Assembly: GCA_963815215.1 (NCBI GenBank)
Contig: CAWFFU010000003.1
Span: 896,001-960,000 of the forward strand
Direction: 5' to 3'
DNA from: an uncultured Trueperaceae bacterium
GTDB taxonomy: Bacteria > Deinococcota > Deinococci > Deinococcales > Trueperaceae
DNA: 64,000 nucleotides
Position numbers and translations under genes: made by a program
Notes under the pieces: model-generated
Databases searched by the model: none
What the model saw: only the letters and a program-made list of their open reading frames with translations
Told to the model about the DNA's origin: nothing
Part shown: positions 54,762 to 64,000 of the stretch, piece by piece
How positions within the stretch are numbered: position 1 is the first letter of the stretch
How the letters are laid out: each line of letters begins with the position of its first letter

Positions 54762-56699
54762 ATGACCCATCCTCCACGCCGACGCCGTGACCGACACAGC
54801 GCCTCCCCCCGCCAGTTCCTTCGCGCCGTGGCGTTGGCAGGCTCGCTGGCGTCGGCGCTGGCGGCGTCCGCCGCGGCCGCCCCCCTCACCGCCCTGGCCC
54901 CCGCCTCGACGCTCCTGGCGGTCCACGTCGCGCCGCTGGGCGCCAGCTACCCCGCTCTGTCGGACACGCTGGCCGGCCTCGACACGGCGGGCGCTGCCAC
55001 GACGCTCTCCGAGGTCCTGCGCACCTTCCAGTCCGCGGCTTCGGCGCCCTCGGCCCACGACCCCGAGGCCGCCCGAGCGCTCGCCGCCGCCGCCCGAGCG
55101 CTGCACGGCCGTGGCCTGCACGAGTCCCTGGCAGCGGCCTGCCCGGGCCTCGGCCGGGCGCCGCTCCCCGGCGTTCGGGAGGCCCTGTTCGTGGTGTCCG
55201 CGACGCCCTATGCGCCGGTCCCGGCGGCACTCGTGCTGGCGCGCGTCGCGCCGGGCGCCGGGCCGGCAACCGACGACGCCATCGCCGCCCTGGATCACTG
55301 CTACGCATCGGGGGTTCCCCAGACGCAGGACGGCGTGTCGCTGCGGGAGCTGGCCCTGGGCGACGCCACCATCGCGGTGGCCAGGATCGGTGACGTCGTG
55401 GCGGCCGCAAGCACCGTCGATCTGCTCCGCGCCGCGGTGCGCCTGGCCCACGGGAGCACCGAGCCCAGCCTGGCGAGCCGCGTTCCAGGCGCACTCGCCG
55501 ACTTGAACGGTGCCGGCATCACGGTGAGCATCGATACCGCCGCCATCGCCGGGGTAGTGGGCGCCCTCCCCGGCCTCCCCTCGGACCCGACCGCGCACGC
55601 CGCCCGGGTGCACCTGCAGGACGCGCTCCGCACCGTCCCGCTGATCGCTCTTCAGCTCACGGCACAGCCGTCGGGTCTGGTGCTCCAATCCTGGACCCGC
55701 GTCGATCCCAACGGCGGCGACGGCGCCCTGGCCGCACTGCTGCGCTGCGATCGTTGCCGCGCGCGCCCCAGCCTCCTGGTCCCCGCCGACGCCCTGGCCG
55801 TCGACGCTTCGCCCCTGAGGTTGCAGGCCTGGACGACCTATCTCGCCGGCCTCGCAGACGACGTCGCGGCCGCGGGCGGCGGCCGGATCGATCCGCTGGC
55901 GCTGCTGAAGCAGCAGACCGGCCTCGATCTCGCCAACGATCTCTTCCCCTGGCTCGGCACCGTCGCCACCACCGTGGCGTTGCCCGCCCCGACAGGCACG
56001 CCCCAGGCGCTCCTCGGCGTTCCCGCGCGATTGACCATCGTGCCCGTCGCCTCGCCCGAGCGGGCCGGCGCCGGCCTCGCGCGGCTCGGGCCCGCCCTGG
56101 AGCGCCTCCTGGCACGGTTCTCCGGCACGGGCGGCGGCGCCATCGAGGCCGCCGGACTCGACCCGGCCACCCTGATCGCCACCCGCCATGAACGCTATCG
56201 CGAGGTCGCGATCACGCGCATCCAGGTCGGGCCGAGCACCGATCTGGGCGTGGCCCTGGTCGGCAGTCGCCTGGTACTGGCGTCCCCTTCGGCGGCGTTG
56301 AGGAGCGTGATCGACACCTACCGCGGCGGCCCGACGTTGCACGCCTCTGCCCTGGCCGCAGCCCTGGCAGCCGCCCCGGCCGGATCGCAGGCGGTCTGGG
56401 CCAGCGACGGCGCGGCCATGCTGCGCGGCGTCGCATCGATGCTGCGCGCGCTGTCCCAGCCGGCCGCCTTCGCCGTCCAGTCGGGCCTGGTCGCCGCCCG
56501 CCGGGCCGCAGCTCCGGGTAGCGAAGCGACGGGCGCGACCCCGCCGTCAGCGCAGCCCGATCTCGGACGGCTGCTCGACGCCACCGAGCTCCCCGCCGAC
56601 ACGCTCGACGCCCTGGCGGCGCACCTCGGCGTGACTCGGGGATGGAGCGTGTGGCGCGACGGGGCGCTGGTGCGGCGCTGGTCGCTGCCGATCCGCTAG
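54762..56699 (+). CDS. Hypothetical exported Ala-rich protein (possibly DUF3352-like)
   Basis: Basic N-region plus signal peptide; GLDLANDLFPWLG motif; CxxC. Confidence 0.6.
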   Translation: MTHPPRRRRDRHSASPRQFLRAVALAGSLASALAASAAAAPLTALAPASTLLAVHVAPLGASYPALSDTLAGLDTAGAATTLSEVLRTFQSAASAPSAHDPEAARALAAAARALHGRGLHESLAAACPGLGRAPLPGVREALFVVSATPYAPVPAALVLARVAPGAGPATDDAIAALDHCYASGVPQTQDGVSLRELALGDATIAVARIGDVVAAASTVDLLRAAVRLAHGSTEPSLASRVPGALADLNGAGITVSIDTAAIAGVVGALPGLPSDPTAHAARVHLQDALRTVPLIALQLTAQPSGLVLQSWTRVDPNGGDGALAALLRCDRCRARPSLLVPADALAVDASPLRLQAWTTYLAGLADDVAAAGGGRIDPLALLKQQTGLDLANDLFPWLGTVATTVALPAPTGTPQALLGVPARLTIVPVASPERAGAGLARLGPALERLLARFSGTGGGAIEAAGLDPATLIATRHERYREVAITRIQVGPSTDLGVALVGSRLVLASPSAALRSVIDTYRGGPTLHASALAAALAAAPAGSQAVWASDGAAMLRGVASMLRALSQPAAFAVQSGLVAARRAAAPGSEATGATPPSAQPDLGRLLDATELPADTLDALAAHLGVTRGWSVWRDGALVRRWSLPIR

Positions 56700-56708
56700 A
56701 CCAACGAC

Positions 56709-56742
56709 GCACGGGTCGGCCCCATCCGGGGCCGACCCGTGC
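56709..56742. terminator. Perfect 15-bp hairpin between convergent genes
   Basis: GCACGGGTCGGCCCC-atcc-GGGGCCGACCCGTGC. Confidence 0.7.
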
Positions 56743-56766
56743 CTCATCCTTGCGTTCGCGTCGTGC

Positions 56767-57093
56767 TCAGTTCGTGCGAAGGTACGGCTGCAACCGCGCC
56801 TGGTAGGCGCTCTTGGGCTGCGCGCCGATCATGGTCTCGACCGGCTGCCCGTCCTTGAACAGGATCACCGTCGGGATGCTCATCACCCTGAACTGCATGG
56901 CGACCTGCTGGTTGTCGTCGACGTTCACCTTGCCGACCTTGAGCTTGCCCTCGTAGTCCCCCGCCAGACCCTCGATGACGGGGCTCACCATGCGGCACGG
57001 GCCGCACCACGGCGCCCAGAAATCCACCAGCACCAGGCCGTCCTGGGTCTCGTTCTGGAAGTTGTCGTCGGTCAAGACGTGCGTATCTGCCAT
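56767..57093 (-). CDS. trxA: Thioredoxin
   Basis: VDFWAPWCGPC, SIPT; RBS GGAGG. Confidence 0.97.
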   Translation of the reverse strand: MADTHVLTDDNFQNETQDGLVLVDFWAPWCGPCRMVSPVIEGLAGDYEGKLKVGKVNVDDNQQVAMQFRVMSIPTVILFKDGQPVETMIGAQPKSAYQARLQPYLRTN

Positions 57094-57175
57094 GAGTCCT
57101 CCCGGAGCGAAGCGGCGTCGGCCGCCGGCCGAAGCGGTTCGCTACAATCTACGGTCGCGGCGTCGACCGCCGATG

Positions 57176-58336
57176 TCACGTGGTCGACACGGGCCACACG
57201 AACATGGACTCGGCGGGCGCACCGCGCTGCACTCTCGGCGGCGTCAGTCCCAACGCGCGGTAGCCTCCCTTGACCGCGGCGCGCACCAGCGCCTGTGGGC
57301 TCGCCTTGGCGCCGTGGGCCTGCCGGGCGAAGGCGACCTCGTCGGTGACGGCCAGCGACGGGCTCGAGCCGCGCGAATCGGTCCCGAACGCCACGTCCAC
57401 GCCGAACCGTGCGTAGAGCTCCCACGGGAAGCGCCCACACCCCAGCGCCTCGTTCGAGCGAGGACAGTGCACCACCGCGCAGTCGGCGCGTTGCACGGTG
57501 CGCACGTCCTCCTCGTCCACATGCACCATGTGGACCAGGGTGGGGCGCCCGTCGAGCACCCCCAGCGAAGCCAGGTAGCCCACCGGGCTCAGGCCGCTGG
57601 CCCGCCACGTCACCCCGAACGATGCCAGCAGCTCCGCCAGCGCTCCGCCTCCGTCGCGGTGCAGGCGGAGCTCCTCGGCGCTCTCGGCCACGTGGATCTG
57701 CATCGGCAACGCCTCGGCCCGGGCGAGCGCGGCCAGTCCCTGCAACAGCGGCGCGCTGACGGTGTGGGGCGTGTGCGGGCTGAGGCCGACGCGCATGCCG
57801 CCGGGCCGTTCGAGCTCCCGGAAGGCGGCGAGGCGCGACCGCGTTCGCTCGACGATGTGCTCGGCGTCCGCGGGGTCGGGCCCGATGACCTCCCAGTACG
57901 CGACCCCGGCGACGTCGGTCCGCTGCAGCAGGTGGCGCATGACCGCTTCGTCGGTGACGATGTCGCCGATCACGCGCACGCCGCCCCGCACCACCTCGTC
58001 CAGGCCTCTTTGCGCGGCCTCGACGCCTCCCGGCGCTTCCCGCCGGTGGCGGATGACCGCCCGGATGAAGTCCTGGTAGCTGCCCGCGCTGTAGGGCATG
58101 TCGCTGAGATCGAGGTGGGTGTGGGCGTTGACGGGCGGAGGGGACACCGCGAAGCCGGCGTCCTCCAGACGGGCGTCCGGGAATGCCTCCCGCGCCCGAA
58201 GGGCGCTGTCGACCGCGATGACCTGGCGCCGGCTGCCGTCGTTCTGCACGACCACCGCGCCGTCGGCGCGAGGCGTGCCGAGCCCGTTGTAGACGACCTG
58301 TGCCTGCAGGATGGTGCGCTGCAGTAGGCGGCTCAA
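57176..58336 (-). CDS. Metal-dependent amidohydrolase, probable aminofutalosine deaminase
   Basis: NAHTHLD, SPHTPHTV, IHVAES, HCPRSN, GTDS; overlaps mqnC stop. Confidence 0.75.
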   Translation of the reverse strand: MSRLLQRTILQAQVVYNGLGTPRADGAVVVQNDGSRRQVIAVDSALRAREAFPDARLEDAGFAVSPPPVNAHTHLDLSDMPYSAGSYQDFIRAVIRHRREAPGGVEAAQRGLDEVVRGGVRVIGDIVTDEAVMRHLLQRTDVAGVAYWEVIGPDPADAEHIVERTRSRLAAFRELERPGGMRVGLSPHTPHTVSAPLLQGLAALARAEALPMQIHVAESAEELRLHRDGGGALAELLASFGVTWRASGLSPVGYLASLGVLDGRPTLVHMVHVDEEDVRTVQRADCAVVHCPRSNEALGCGRFPWELYARFGVDVAFGTDSRGSSPSLAVTDEVAFARQAHGAKASPQALVRAAVKGGYRALGLTPPRVQRGAPAESMFVWPVSTT

Positions 58337-59499
58337 GGCACGGCGGCCGCGTCGTGCTCCGTGCCGGCTTGAACCGTTCCGCCGTCCGGGGCAACCGCCA
58401 ACAGGGCGTCGACATCGGGGTGCCGCACGATGCCGTAGAGGCTGTCGCGCTGCGCCGGCCGGTAGCCGGCATCGACGATCTGGCGCACGATCTCGCGCTC
58501 CGGAGTGGAGCGGTGCCGGGCACCCGCCTGCGACACCACGTTCTCCTCCAGCATGGTGCTCCCGAAGTCGTTGCAGCCGAAGCTGAGGGCGGTCTGGGCG
58601 ACCTTGTAGCCCATGGTGGGCCAGGACGCCTGGAAGTTCGGGATGGTATCGAGCAGCAACCGGCTCACGGCCACGTTCTGGAGGTACTCGTGCGCGCCGG
58701 CTCCCGGGGCCCGTCCCTGGATCCGCACGCCCTGGGTCTGCAGCGTCCAGGAGATGAACGCCGAGAATCCGTTCCCGTGCGTGGCCAGCGCGCGATCCTG
58801 CTGATCGCGGATGCGCATCATGCTCTGCACACGCTGCTCGGCCGTCTCACCGAAACCGATCACCATCGTGGCGGTGGTGTACAGGCCCAGCTCCTGGGCG
58901 TCGCCCATGATGGCGATCCATTCGTCGGCGGCGATGCGGCCGGGAGCGACATGCCCGGCGTGCCGGACCTCGTCGACCAGGATCTCGCCGCCGCCGCCGG
59001 GCAGGCCGTCGAGGCCGGCGGCCTGGAGCTCGACGAGCACCTCCCGGCTGCTCATGCCGGTGAGGCCGGCCAGACCCTTGATCTCCTCGGGGCTGAAGGC
59101 CTCGATGCGCACCGATGGGTGGCGCTCCTTGAGGAAACGCATGAGGTCGACGTACCAGCTGAGTGGGAGGTAGCGATTGACGCCTCCCTGCATGAGGATG
59201 CGGGTACCGCCGACCGCCTCGAGCTCGGTCACCTTGGCGGAGATGGCGTCGTAACTCAGGGTGTAGGCGTCGTCCTGGCGCCGCGTCCGGTAGAAGCCGC
59301 AGAAGCTGCAGCCGACCGAACACACGTTGGAGTAGTTGATGTTGCGGTCGATCAGGTAGGTCACGACCTCCGGATCGGTACGCATGCCGCGCACGGCGTC
59401 GGCGGCAGACGCCAGCGCGAACAACGGAGAGCGGTAGAGACCGGCGGCCTCATCGGGCGTCAGACGCCGTCCTGTTGCCGCCTTCTGGAGCACGTCCAT
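58333..59499 (-). CDS. mqnC: Cyclic dehypoxanthine futalosine synthase (radical SAM)
   Basis: TYLIDRNINYSNVCSVGCSFC, PGGGGEIL, NDFGSTMLEENVV. Confidence 0.9.
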   Translation of the reverse strand: MDVLQKAATGRRLTPDEAAGLYRSPLFALASAADAVRGMRTDPEVVTYLIDRNINYSNVCSVGCSFCGFYRTRRQDDAYTLSYDAISAKVTELEAVGGTRILMQGGVNRYLPLSWYVDLMRFLKERHPSVRIEAFSPEEIKGLAGLTGMSSREVLVELQAAGLDGLPGGGGEILVDEVRHAGHVAPGRIAADEWIAIMGDAQELGLYTTATMVIGFGETAEQRVQSMMRIRDQQDRALATHGNGFSAFISWTLQTQGVRIQGRAPGAGAHEYLQNVAVSRLLLDTIPNFQASWPTMGYKVAQTALSFGCNDFGSTMLEENVVSQAGARHRSTPEREIVRQIVDAGYRPAQRDSLYGIVRHPDVDALLAVAPDGGTVQAGTEHDAAAVP

Positions 59500-59625
59500 G
59501 CCCACGAGCATAGCACCGCCCTGCGGCCGGCTCCGGGTCCGCCCCTACCCGCCCGGCGCGCCTGGGGTCGGGCCGCGGCGACCATCTGTGTACTTGTTTA
59601 CCCGACCGCGATAACATGACACACG

Positions 59626-62600
59626 ATGATCTCCGATCCCCCCGACGAGCACGCCAGCCCCTGGCGCCCCATCTTCGAAGCCGTGCGCAGGACGGTCGGG
59701 CACAAGCGCGACGCCAACGGCGTACTCGGAAGCATCAACTGGCTCCGCAAGGAGATGGAACGCCGGGGCGCCAATCCCAACGTGGTGCGCAACATCATCT
59801 ACCGGGACAAGGGCAAGCTCGCCGACAAGCGCGTGCTGTTCGAGATCCTTGGCGAGCTCTGGACCACCACCGGCCAGCCGCCGCTGCGCGCGCCGGAGCT
59901 CGAGGTGCTGCTCTCCCCCGGCAGCTCGGCCGAGCAGGAGGTCCTGCAGCTCCTCGGTCGCGAGAAGCGGCGCGCCTACCGGAGCTTCGTCGGCGGCGTG
60001 CGTAGCGGCGAGACCCCCCACCTGCTCATCACCGGCCGCCCCGGCTCTGGCAAGACGCTGCTGGCCGACTACATCCAGCAGGCGCTCGAGATCCAACCGC
60101 GCGCGGCCGACCGTATCGTGCGCCTCGAGTTCTCCTCCAGCGACCTGGCCGGCGCCCTGAGCCGCCTGGCCCAGGCGCTGGGCGTGCCGCACGAGCTCAT
60201 CGAGTCGAAGCTGTTGCGCATCGGCAGCTCCAGCGCCTTCGCGGTCCAGGCCGACGCCCAGGCCGAGGTGGCGCGCGTCATCATCGAGGCCGGTCGCCAG
60301 ACGGCGGGTCGGACGGTGTTCCTGTTGCACGTGTCGCAGTCGATGGCGGGCCAGGACAGCCTCGGTATGGTGCCGCTTCGGCTCAACACCCCCGAGGTCC
60401 CGCGCGTGAGTGCGTCGGAGTGGTTGTGGCTGTCGCTGTTCGAGCCACTCAGCCGGCTCCCGGAGGCCGCCGTGCTGGCGAGCATGGCCGACGTGCCGGC
60501 CCGAGCGATGCAGCGCCTGGGCGCGTTCGAGGGTCCGATCAAGCTCACGCCCCCCACCACCGCCGAAGCGCGACGCTTCGTCAAGGCGCGGTTGCCGCAT
60601 CTGTCGCCTTCCCAGCAGGAGGACATCGTGCAGCGGGCCGGCCGCTCGTTCGAGGAGCTGCGGACCCTCACGTTGCTGGCGGAGGTGCGCGAGCCGGTCG
60701 GCGAGGCCGCCTTCGAGGGCAGCCAGCTCTCAATCGAGCAGCTCAGCAAGCTGGTCGACGTCTCCGGCGACGCGCACCTGCGCGACTTCCTCTCGGCCCT
60801 GGCCGCGCTCTCCATCCCCGAGTTCCCCACCTTCAGCGTGGACATCCTGTTGGGGCTGCGTCAGGACGCCGCCAAGGGCCTCAATGCCTTCGAGCTCGCC
60901 TTCCTGGATCAGGTGCCCGGCGACGCGTCCAGCTTCCGCTGCTTCTCACGGCAGCTCGCACGCGCTCTGCGCCTGCGCCTCCAGGAGGCCGATCCCGACC
61001 GCTACCGGGCGCTCAACCGGAAGGCCGCCGAGGCCTACCTGGAGGCTGCCTGGGCGGACCCGGCCAGCGAGAGCGCCTCGCGCTTCCTCCACCATGTGTT
61101 CGAGGCGCGCGACTGGGACACCATGGCCGCCTGGCTGCAGCAGCACAGCATCCAGCAGTCACTGGTCCGTCGCATCTGGCACGCCGCCGCACAGGAGCTG
61201 AGCGGCAGTCCGGCCTTCCACGACATCGCTCGGCAGGTCGCCGCCCATTACGTGAAGCTGGGCAGCTACGATCACGCCGACGCCCTCAGCGCGTTCGAAG
61301 AGCTCGCCCATTCCGAGGACGCCGACGTCCGCGCTTGGACGACACTCAAGCGCGCGGAAGGCGAGGTCCTCAAAGGGCGCTTCGAGCAGGCCGAGCGCCT
61401 GCTGGAGTGTTGCCCCGGCACGACCGTGCCCCTGTTGCGCGTCGAGGTGGCGTTGGTGCGCGCCAGCATCGCGCGCTGGCGCAGCGATCTCGACGAAGCC
61501 GCGCGCCTCGTCGGCGAGGATGCCCGCAAGGCGTTGGAGCGAGTGACCGACAACGACAGCGCCAGCACCCTGGCGCGCACCAAGGTCTCGGTGTGGGCGG
61601 GCCTGATCGCCAAGGATCGCGGCGATCTGGAGGGCGCCCTGCGCGAGCTCGACCGCGTCGACTCCGATGAGGACCTCATCCGGGCCCGGCTCGCCTTCCA
61701 GAAGGGCGACGTGTGCCTGAAGCTCGGGCGCTTCGACCAGGCGCGGCGTGAGCTCGATCTGGCCGTGGAGCTCGGCTACCGCTCCGAAGCGCTGGTGCAG
61801 GAGCAGACGCGTTACCTGTCGCGCCGCGGCACGCTCCACCGCCGCATGGGCAATCTCTCGAGCGCGCGAAAGGACTTCGCGGCCGCTCGCGACATCCTGG
61901 AGCTGGCCGACGCCGAGCCCATCGAGCGCAACTTCTGGATCGCCAAGGTCGACGACGAAGCTGCGCTGGCGCTGCTGGCCGAGGGCGCCTTCGAGGAGGC
62001 GACTTTCACGCTGGCGCGCAACATCGAACGGTTCCGGCACTACGCCGACGTTCTGGAGGTGGACGCCGGATACCGGGTGCTGCGCACCACGCTACGCATC
62101 GGCCTGGCGTACGCCTGCCGCGGGCTGGCCCAGCCATTGCGGTTGCCGCTGCCGGTGCTGCCACTGCCCGAGACCGACCAACCCGACCTGCGGCACGCCC
62201 GCCAGAGCATCGGCGAGGTGCTCTCGACCCTCGACGACAAACCCGATCGAGAGCTGCACGGCGTGCTCTTCCGCCAGGCTCACCTGCACGCAAGCCTGGT
62301 GGCCGCTCGGCCCGAGGACGCACTGATGCACGCGGAGCGAGCGATCGAAGTGTCGCGCTTCGAGTACCAGCGCGCCGAGGCCCTCGCCGCCGCGGTGGCC
62401 GCGCACCTGCGCATGGGCGACGCGACCGGCGCCGACCGGGTCCTGGGCAAGGGTGAGGCCGCGCTGGTGGCCGCCCTGCCCGACGGCGACGCGCGCGAGC
62501 GTGGTGACCTGGGCCTGCGCGCCCAGTATGCGGCCCTGGCGGGCGCCACGCAGCTCCTGCGCGGCGCCTCCGCGGACGCAGCGGAGCGGCTCGCCAGCGC

Positions 62601-62823
62601 ACTCGAGGATCCGGATCTCAGCGCCTACCACGAGGGTCTGCTGCGCGCCTTCGGTGAGGGAGCCGAGCGCGTGCCCGCAGGCGACGGCGCTTGGCGCGCG
62701 CACGCCCGACTCGGGGCCCTGCTGGGCCTCGATGAACGCCCGGACGTCGGCCCGGCCCGCCTGCCCGACGCCCTGGTCGCGCGCTGGCGCGACCGCCGAC
62801 ACCTACCGGTATCCCTCCCGTGA
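59626..62823 (+). CDS. Large STAND-like P-loop NTPase with N-terminal helical domain and C-terminal TPR-like repeats
   Basis: Walker A LLITGRPGSGKT; IKLTPPTTAEARRF; repeated helical pairs such as GRFEQAERLL, GDLEGALREL, GRFDQARREL. Confidence 0.7.
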   Translation: MISDPPDEHASPWRPIFEAVRRTVGHKRDANGVLGSINWLRKEMERRGANPNVVRNIIYRDKGKLADKRVLFEILGELWTTTGQPPLRAPELEVLLSPGSSAEQEVLQLLGREKRRAYRSFVGGVRSGETPHLLITGRPGSGKTLLADYIQQALEIQPRAADRIVRLEFSSSDLAGALSRLAQALGVPHELIESKLLRIGSSSAFAVQADAQAEVARVIIEAGRQTAGRTVFLLHVSQSMAGQDSLGMVPLRLNTPEVPRVSASEWLWLSLFEPLSRLPEAAVLASMADVPARAMQRLGAFEGPIKLTPPTTAEARRFVKARLPHLSPSQQEDIVQRAGRSFEELRTLTLLAEVREPVGEAAFEGSQLSIEQLSKLVDVSGDAHLRDFLSALAALSIPEFPTFSVDILLGLRQDAAKGLNAFELAFLDQVPGDASSFRCFSRQLARALRLRLQEADPDRYRALNRKAAEAYLEAAWADPASESASRFLHHVFEARDWDTMAAWLQQHSIQQSLVRRIWHAAAQELSGSPAFHDIARQVAAHYVKLGSYDHADALSAFEELAHSEDADVRAWTTLKRAEGEVLKGRFEQAERLLECCPGTTVPLLRVEVALVRASIARWRSDLDEAARLVGEDARKALERVTDNDSASTLARTKVSVWAGLIAKDRGDLEGALRELDRVDSDEDLIRARLAFQKGDVCLKLGRFDQARRELDLAVELGYRSEALVQEQTRYLSRRGTLHRRMGNLSSARKDFAAARDILELADAEPIERNFWIAKVDDEAALALLAEGAFEEATFTLARNIERFRHYADVLEVDAGYRVLRTTLRIGLAYACRGLAQPLRLPLPVLPLPETDQPDLRHARQSIGEVLSTLDDKPDRELHGVLFRQAHLHASLVAARPEDALMHAERAIEVSRFEYQRAEALAAAVAAHLRMGDATGADRVLGKGEAALVAALPDGDARERGDLGLRAQYAALAGATQLLRGASADAAERLASALEDPDLSAYHEGLLRAFGEGAERVPAGDGAWRAHARLGALLGLDERPDVGPARLPDALVARWRDRRHLPVSLP

Positions 62824-62836
62824 CCGCGGGCCTCCC

Positions 62837-63451
62837 GTGACCGAGGCCGCCACCGGCCCGTCCGCCGGGACGGCCAGCATCGTGGTGTGCCTCACCCCCG
62901 AGGCCCTCGGAGGCCTGCAGCCCCACCCGGCGATCGACATGTTCCGACCCGCCGCCAAGCAGCACCAGGCCCTCATCGGCATCGCCCGCGACGCCCAGTC
63001 GTGCGTGAGCGTCGCCGTGGATGAGAGCCGGATGGTCGCCTACGCGGCGTTCCACCCGCCGTCGGATGTGGAGTCGTGGGGTGAGGATCGCACCGGAAGG
63101 ATCATCGAACTTGGCGCCGTCGAGGTCGCGCCGCCGTATCGGGGCCAGCGCCTGGCCGAACGCCTGCTGGCGGCGAGCTTCGAAGGCGGGCGCTTCGAAG
63201 ACACCGTGGTGTTCGCCACCATGTACGTGTGGCACTACGACCTCAAGCGCACCGGGCTGAACGACTTCGCCTACAAGCGGCTGCTGGAGCGTCTGTACCG
63301 CAGCGCCGGCTTCGAGACCTTCAACACCGCCGACGCCGAGGTCCGCAGCAGCTCCGCCAACCAGCTCATGGCGCGCATCGGCACCCACGCCGATCCGGCC
63401 GTGGTGGAGGAGTTCCACCGGCTCCGGACCCGCCCGCGCTTCTTCGGCTGA
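62837..63451 (+). CDS. acuA: AcuA-like GNAT protein lysine acetyltransferase
   Basis: IIELGAVEVAPPYRG, YVWHYDLK..GL, ANQLMARIG match the AcuA pattern. Confidence 0.8.
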   Translation: MTEAATGPSAGTASIVVCLTPEALGGLQPHPAIDMFRPAAKQHQALIGIARDAQSCVSVAVDESRMVAYAAFHPPSDVESWGEDRTGRIIELGAVEVAPPYRGQRLAERLLAASFEGGRFEDTVVFATMYVWHYDLKRTGLNDFAYKRLLERLYRSAGFETFNTADAEVRSSSANQLMARIGTHADPAVVEEFHRLRTRPRFFG

Positions 63452-63535
63452 GTCCGGCCGCCGTCCCGCTTTGCGGTGAGGCGGTACCATCGGGAGGGCG
63501 GGCGCGCCGAGCGGGCTCGGGCTTCGGAGGGCACC

Positions 63536-64000
63536 ATGCTGGTACAGGACATCATGACGCGGCAGGTGGTCGCCATCGGTCCGGACATGCCGATCCGCGA
63601 CGTGAACGCGCTGATGGATCAGCGCAACATCCGCCACTTCCCCATCCTCGAGAACGTCGGCAAGGGGCCGGCCCGTACCAGCCCGGAGAAGGACGAGGAC
63701 ACCGTCGACCGGCTGGTCGGCATCGTGTCCGATCGCGATCTGCGCCTGGTCGGCGCCGACCACCCGATGGCCCCGGCCGGCGTGTCTGCGGTGGATCCGG
63801 TACGTCGTGTGATGGTCGCACCCGTCCTCACGGCGCACCCCCTCGACCCCATCGAGGAGACCGCCAAGACGCTGCGCGAGCACAAGATCGGCGCCATGCC
63901 CGTGATGGACGGAGATCGACTGGTCGGTATCGTCACCGGCATCGACATGCTCGACGCCCTGGTGCGCATGTCCGGCGTGTACGAAGCGGCGACCCGGCTG
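63536..64000 (+). CDS. acuB: CBS-pair protein, AcuB-like (3' truncated by window edge)
   Basis: MLVQDIMTR, IRHFPIL, LVGIVSDRDLR, KIGAMPV, LVGIVT..DML; RBS GGAGG; follows acuA. Confidence 0.75.
   Translation, partial: MLVQDIMTRQVVAIGPDMPIRDVNALMDQRNIRHFPILENVGKGPARTSPEKDEDTVDRLVGIVSDRDLRLVGADHPMAPAGVSAVDPVRRVMVAPVLTAHPLDPIEETAKTLREHKIGAMPVMDGDRLVGIVTGIDMLDALVRMSGVYEAATRL

Overview
GC-rich bacterial chromosomal window of mostly core genes. It is most consistent with Deinococcota (Trueperaceae/Thermus-like); this is an inference from the non-DNPR MurE, futalosine-pathway MqnC, Thermus-type sugar ABC system and pervasive TANNNT boxes just before start codons. Content in order: guaA end, EVE, hrcA-moaD-moaE; an uncharacterised three-gene Roadblock/membrane module; tsaE-tsaB; an envelope cluster (mreB, S55 peptidase, lpxD-lpxC-GnnA-like-fabZ-lpxA-lpxB-like-MsbA-like); a serA/class-V aminotransferase/histidine phosphatase operon; recG; two ATPase-less ABC importers; alr; CNNM protein; two deoxynucleoside kinases, murE, pdp, moeB; tRNA-fMet; era; GIY-YIG protein; beta-barrel OMP; mfd; rsmI; a CsoR/CstR-family repressor with its operator; SpoIID; SDR; a frameshifted gene; acnA; trxA; amidohydrolase-mqnC; and a degenerate STAND-TPR protein ahead of acuA-acuB. 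No mobile element, prophage or CRISPR array was seen. The best candidates for undescribed biology are the paralogous Roadblock module (3171-8795), the STAND-TPR/AcuAB locus (59626-64000) and the minimal lipid A cluster with a GnnA-like oxidoreductase. All family calls come from motif recognition, not database searches.
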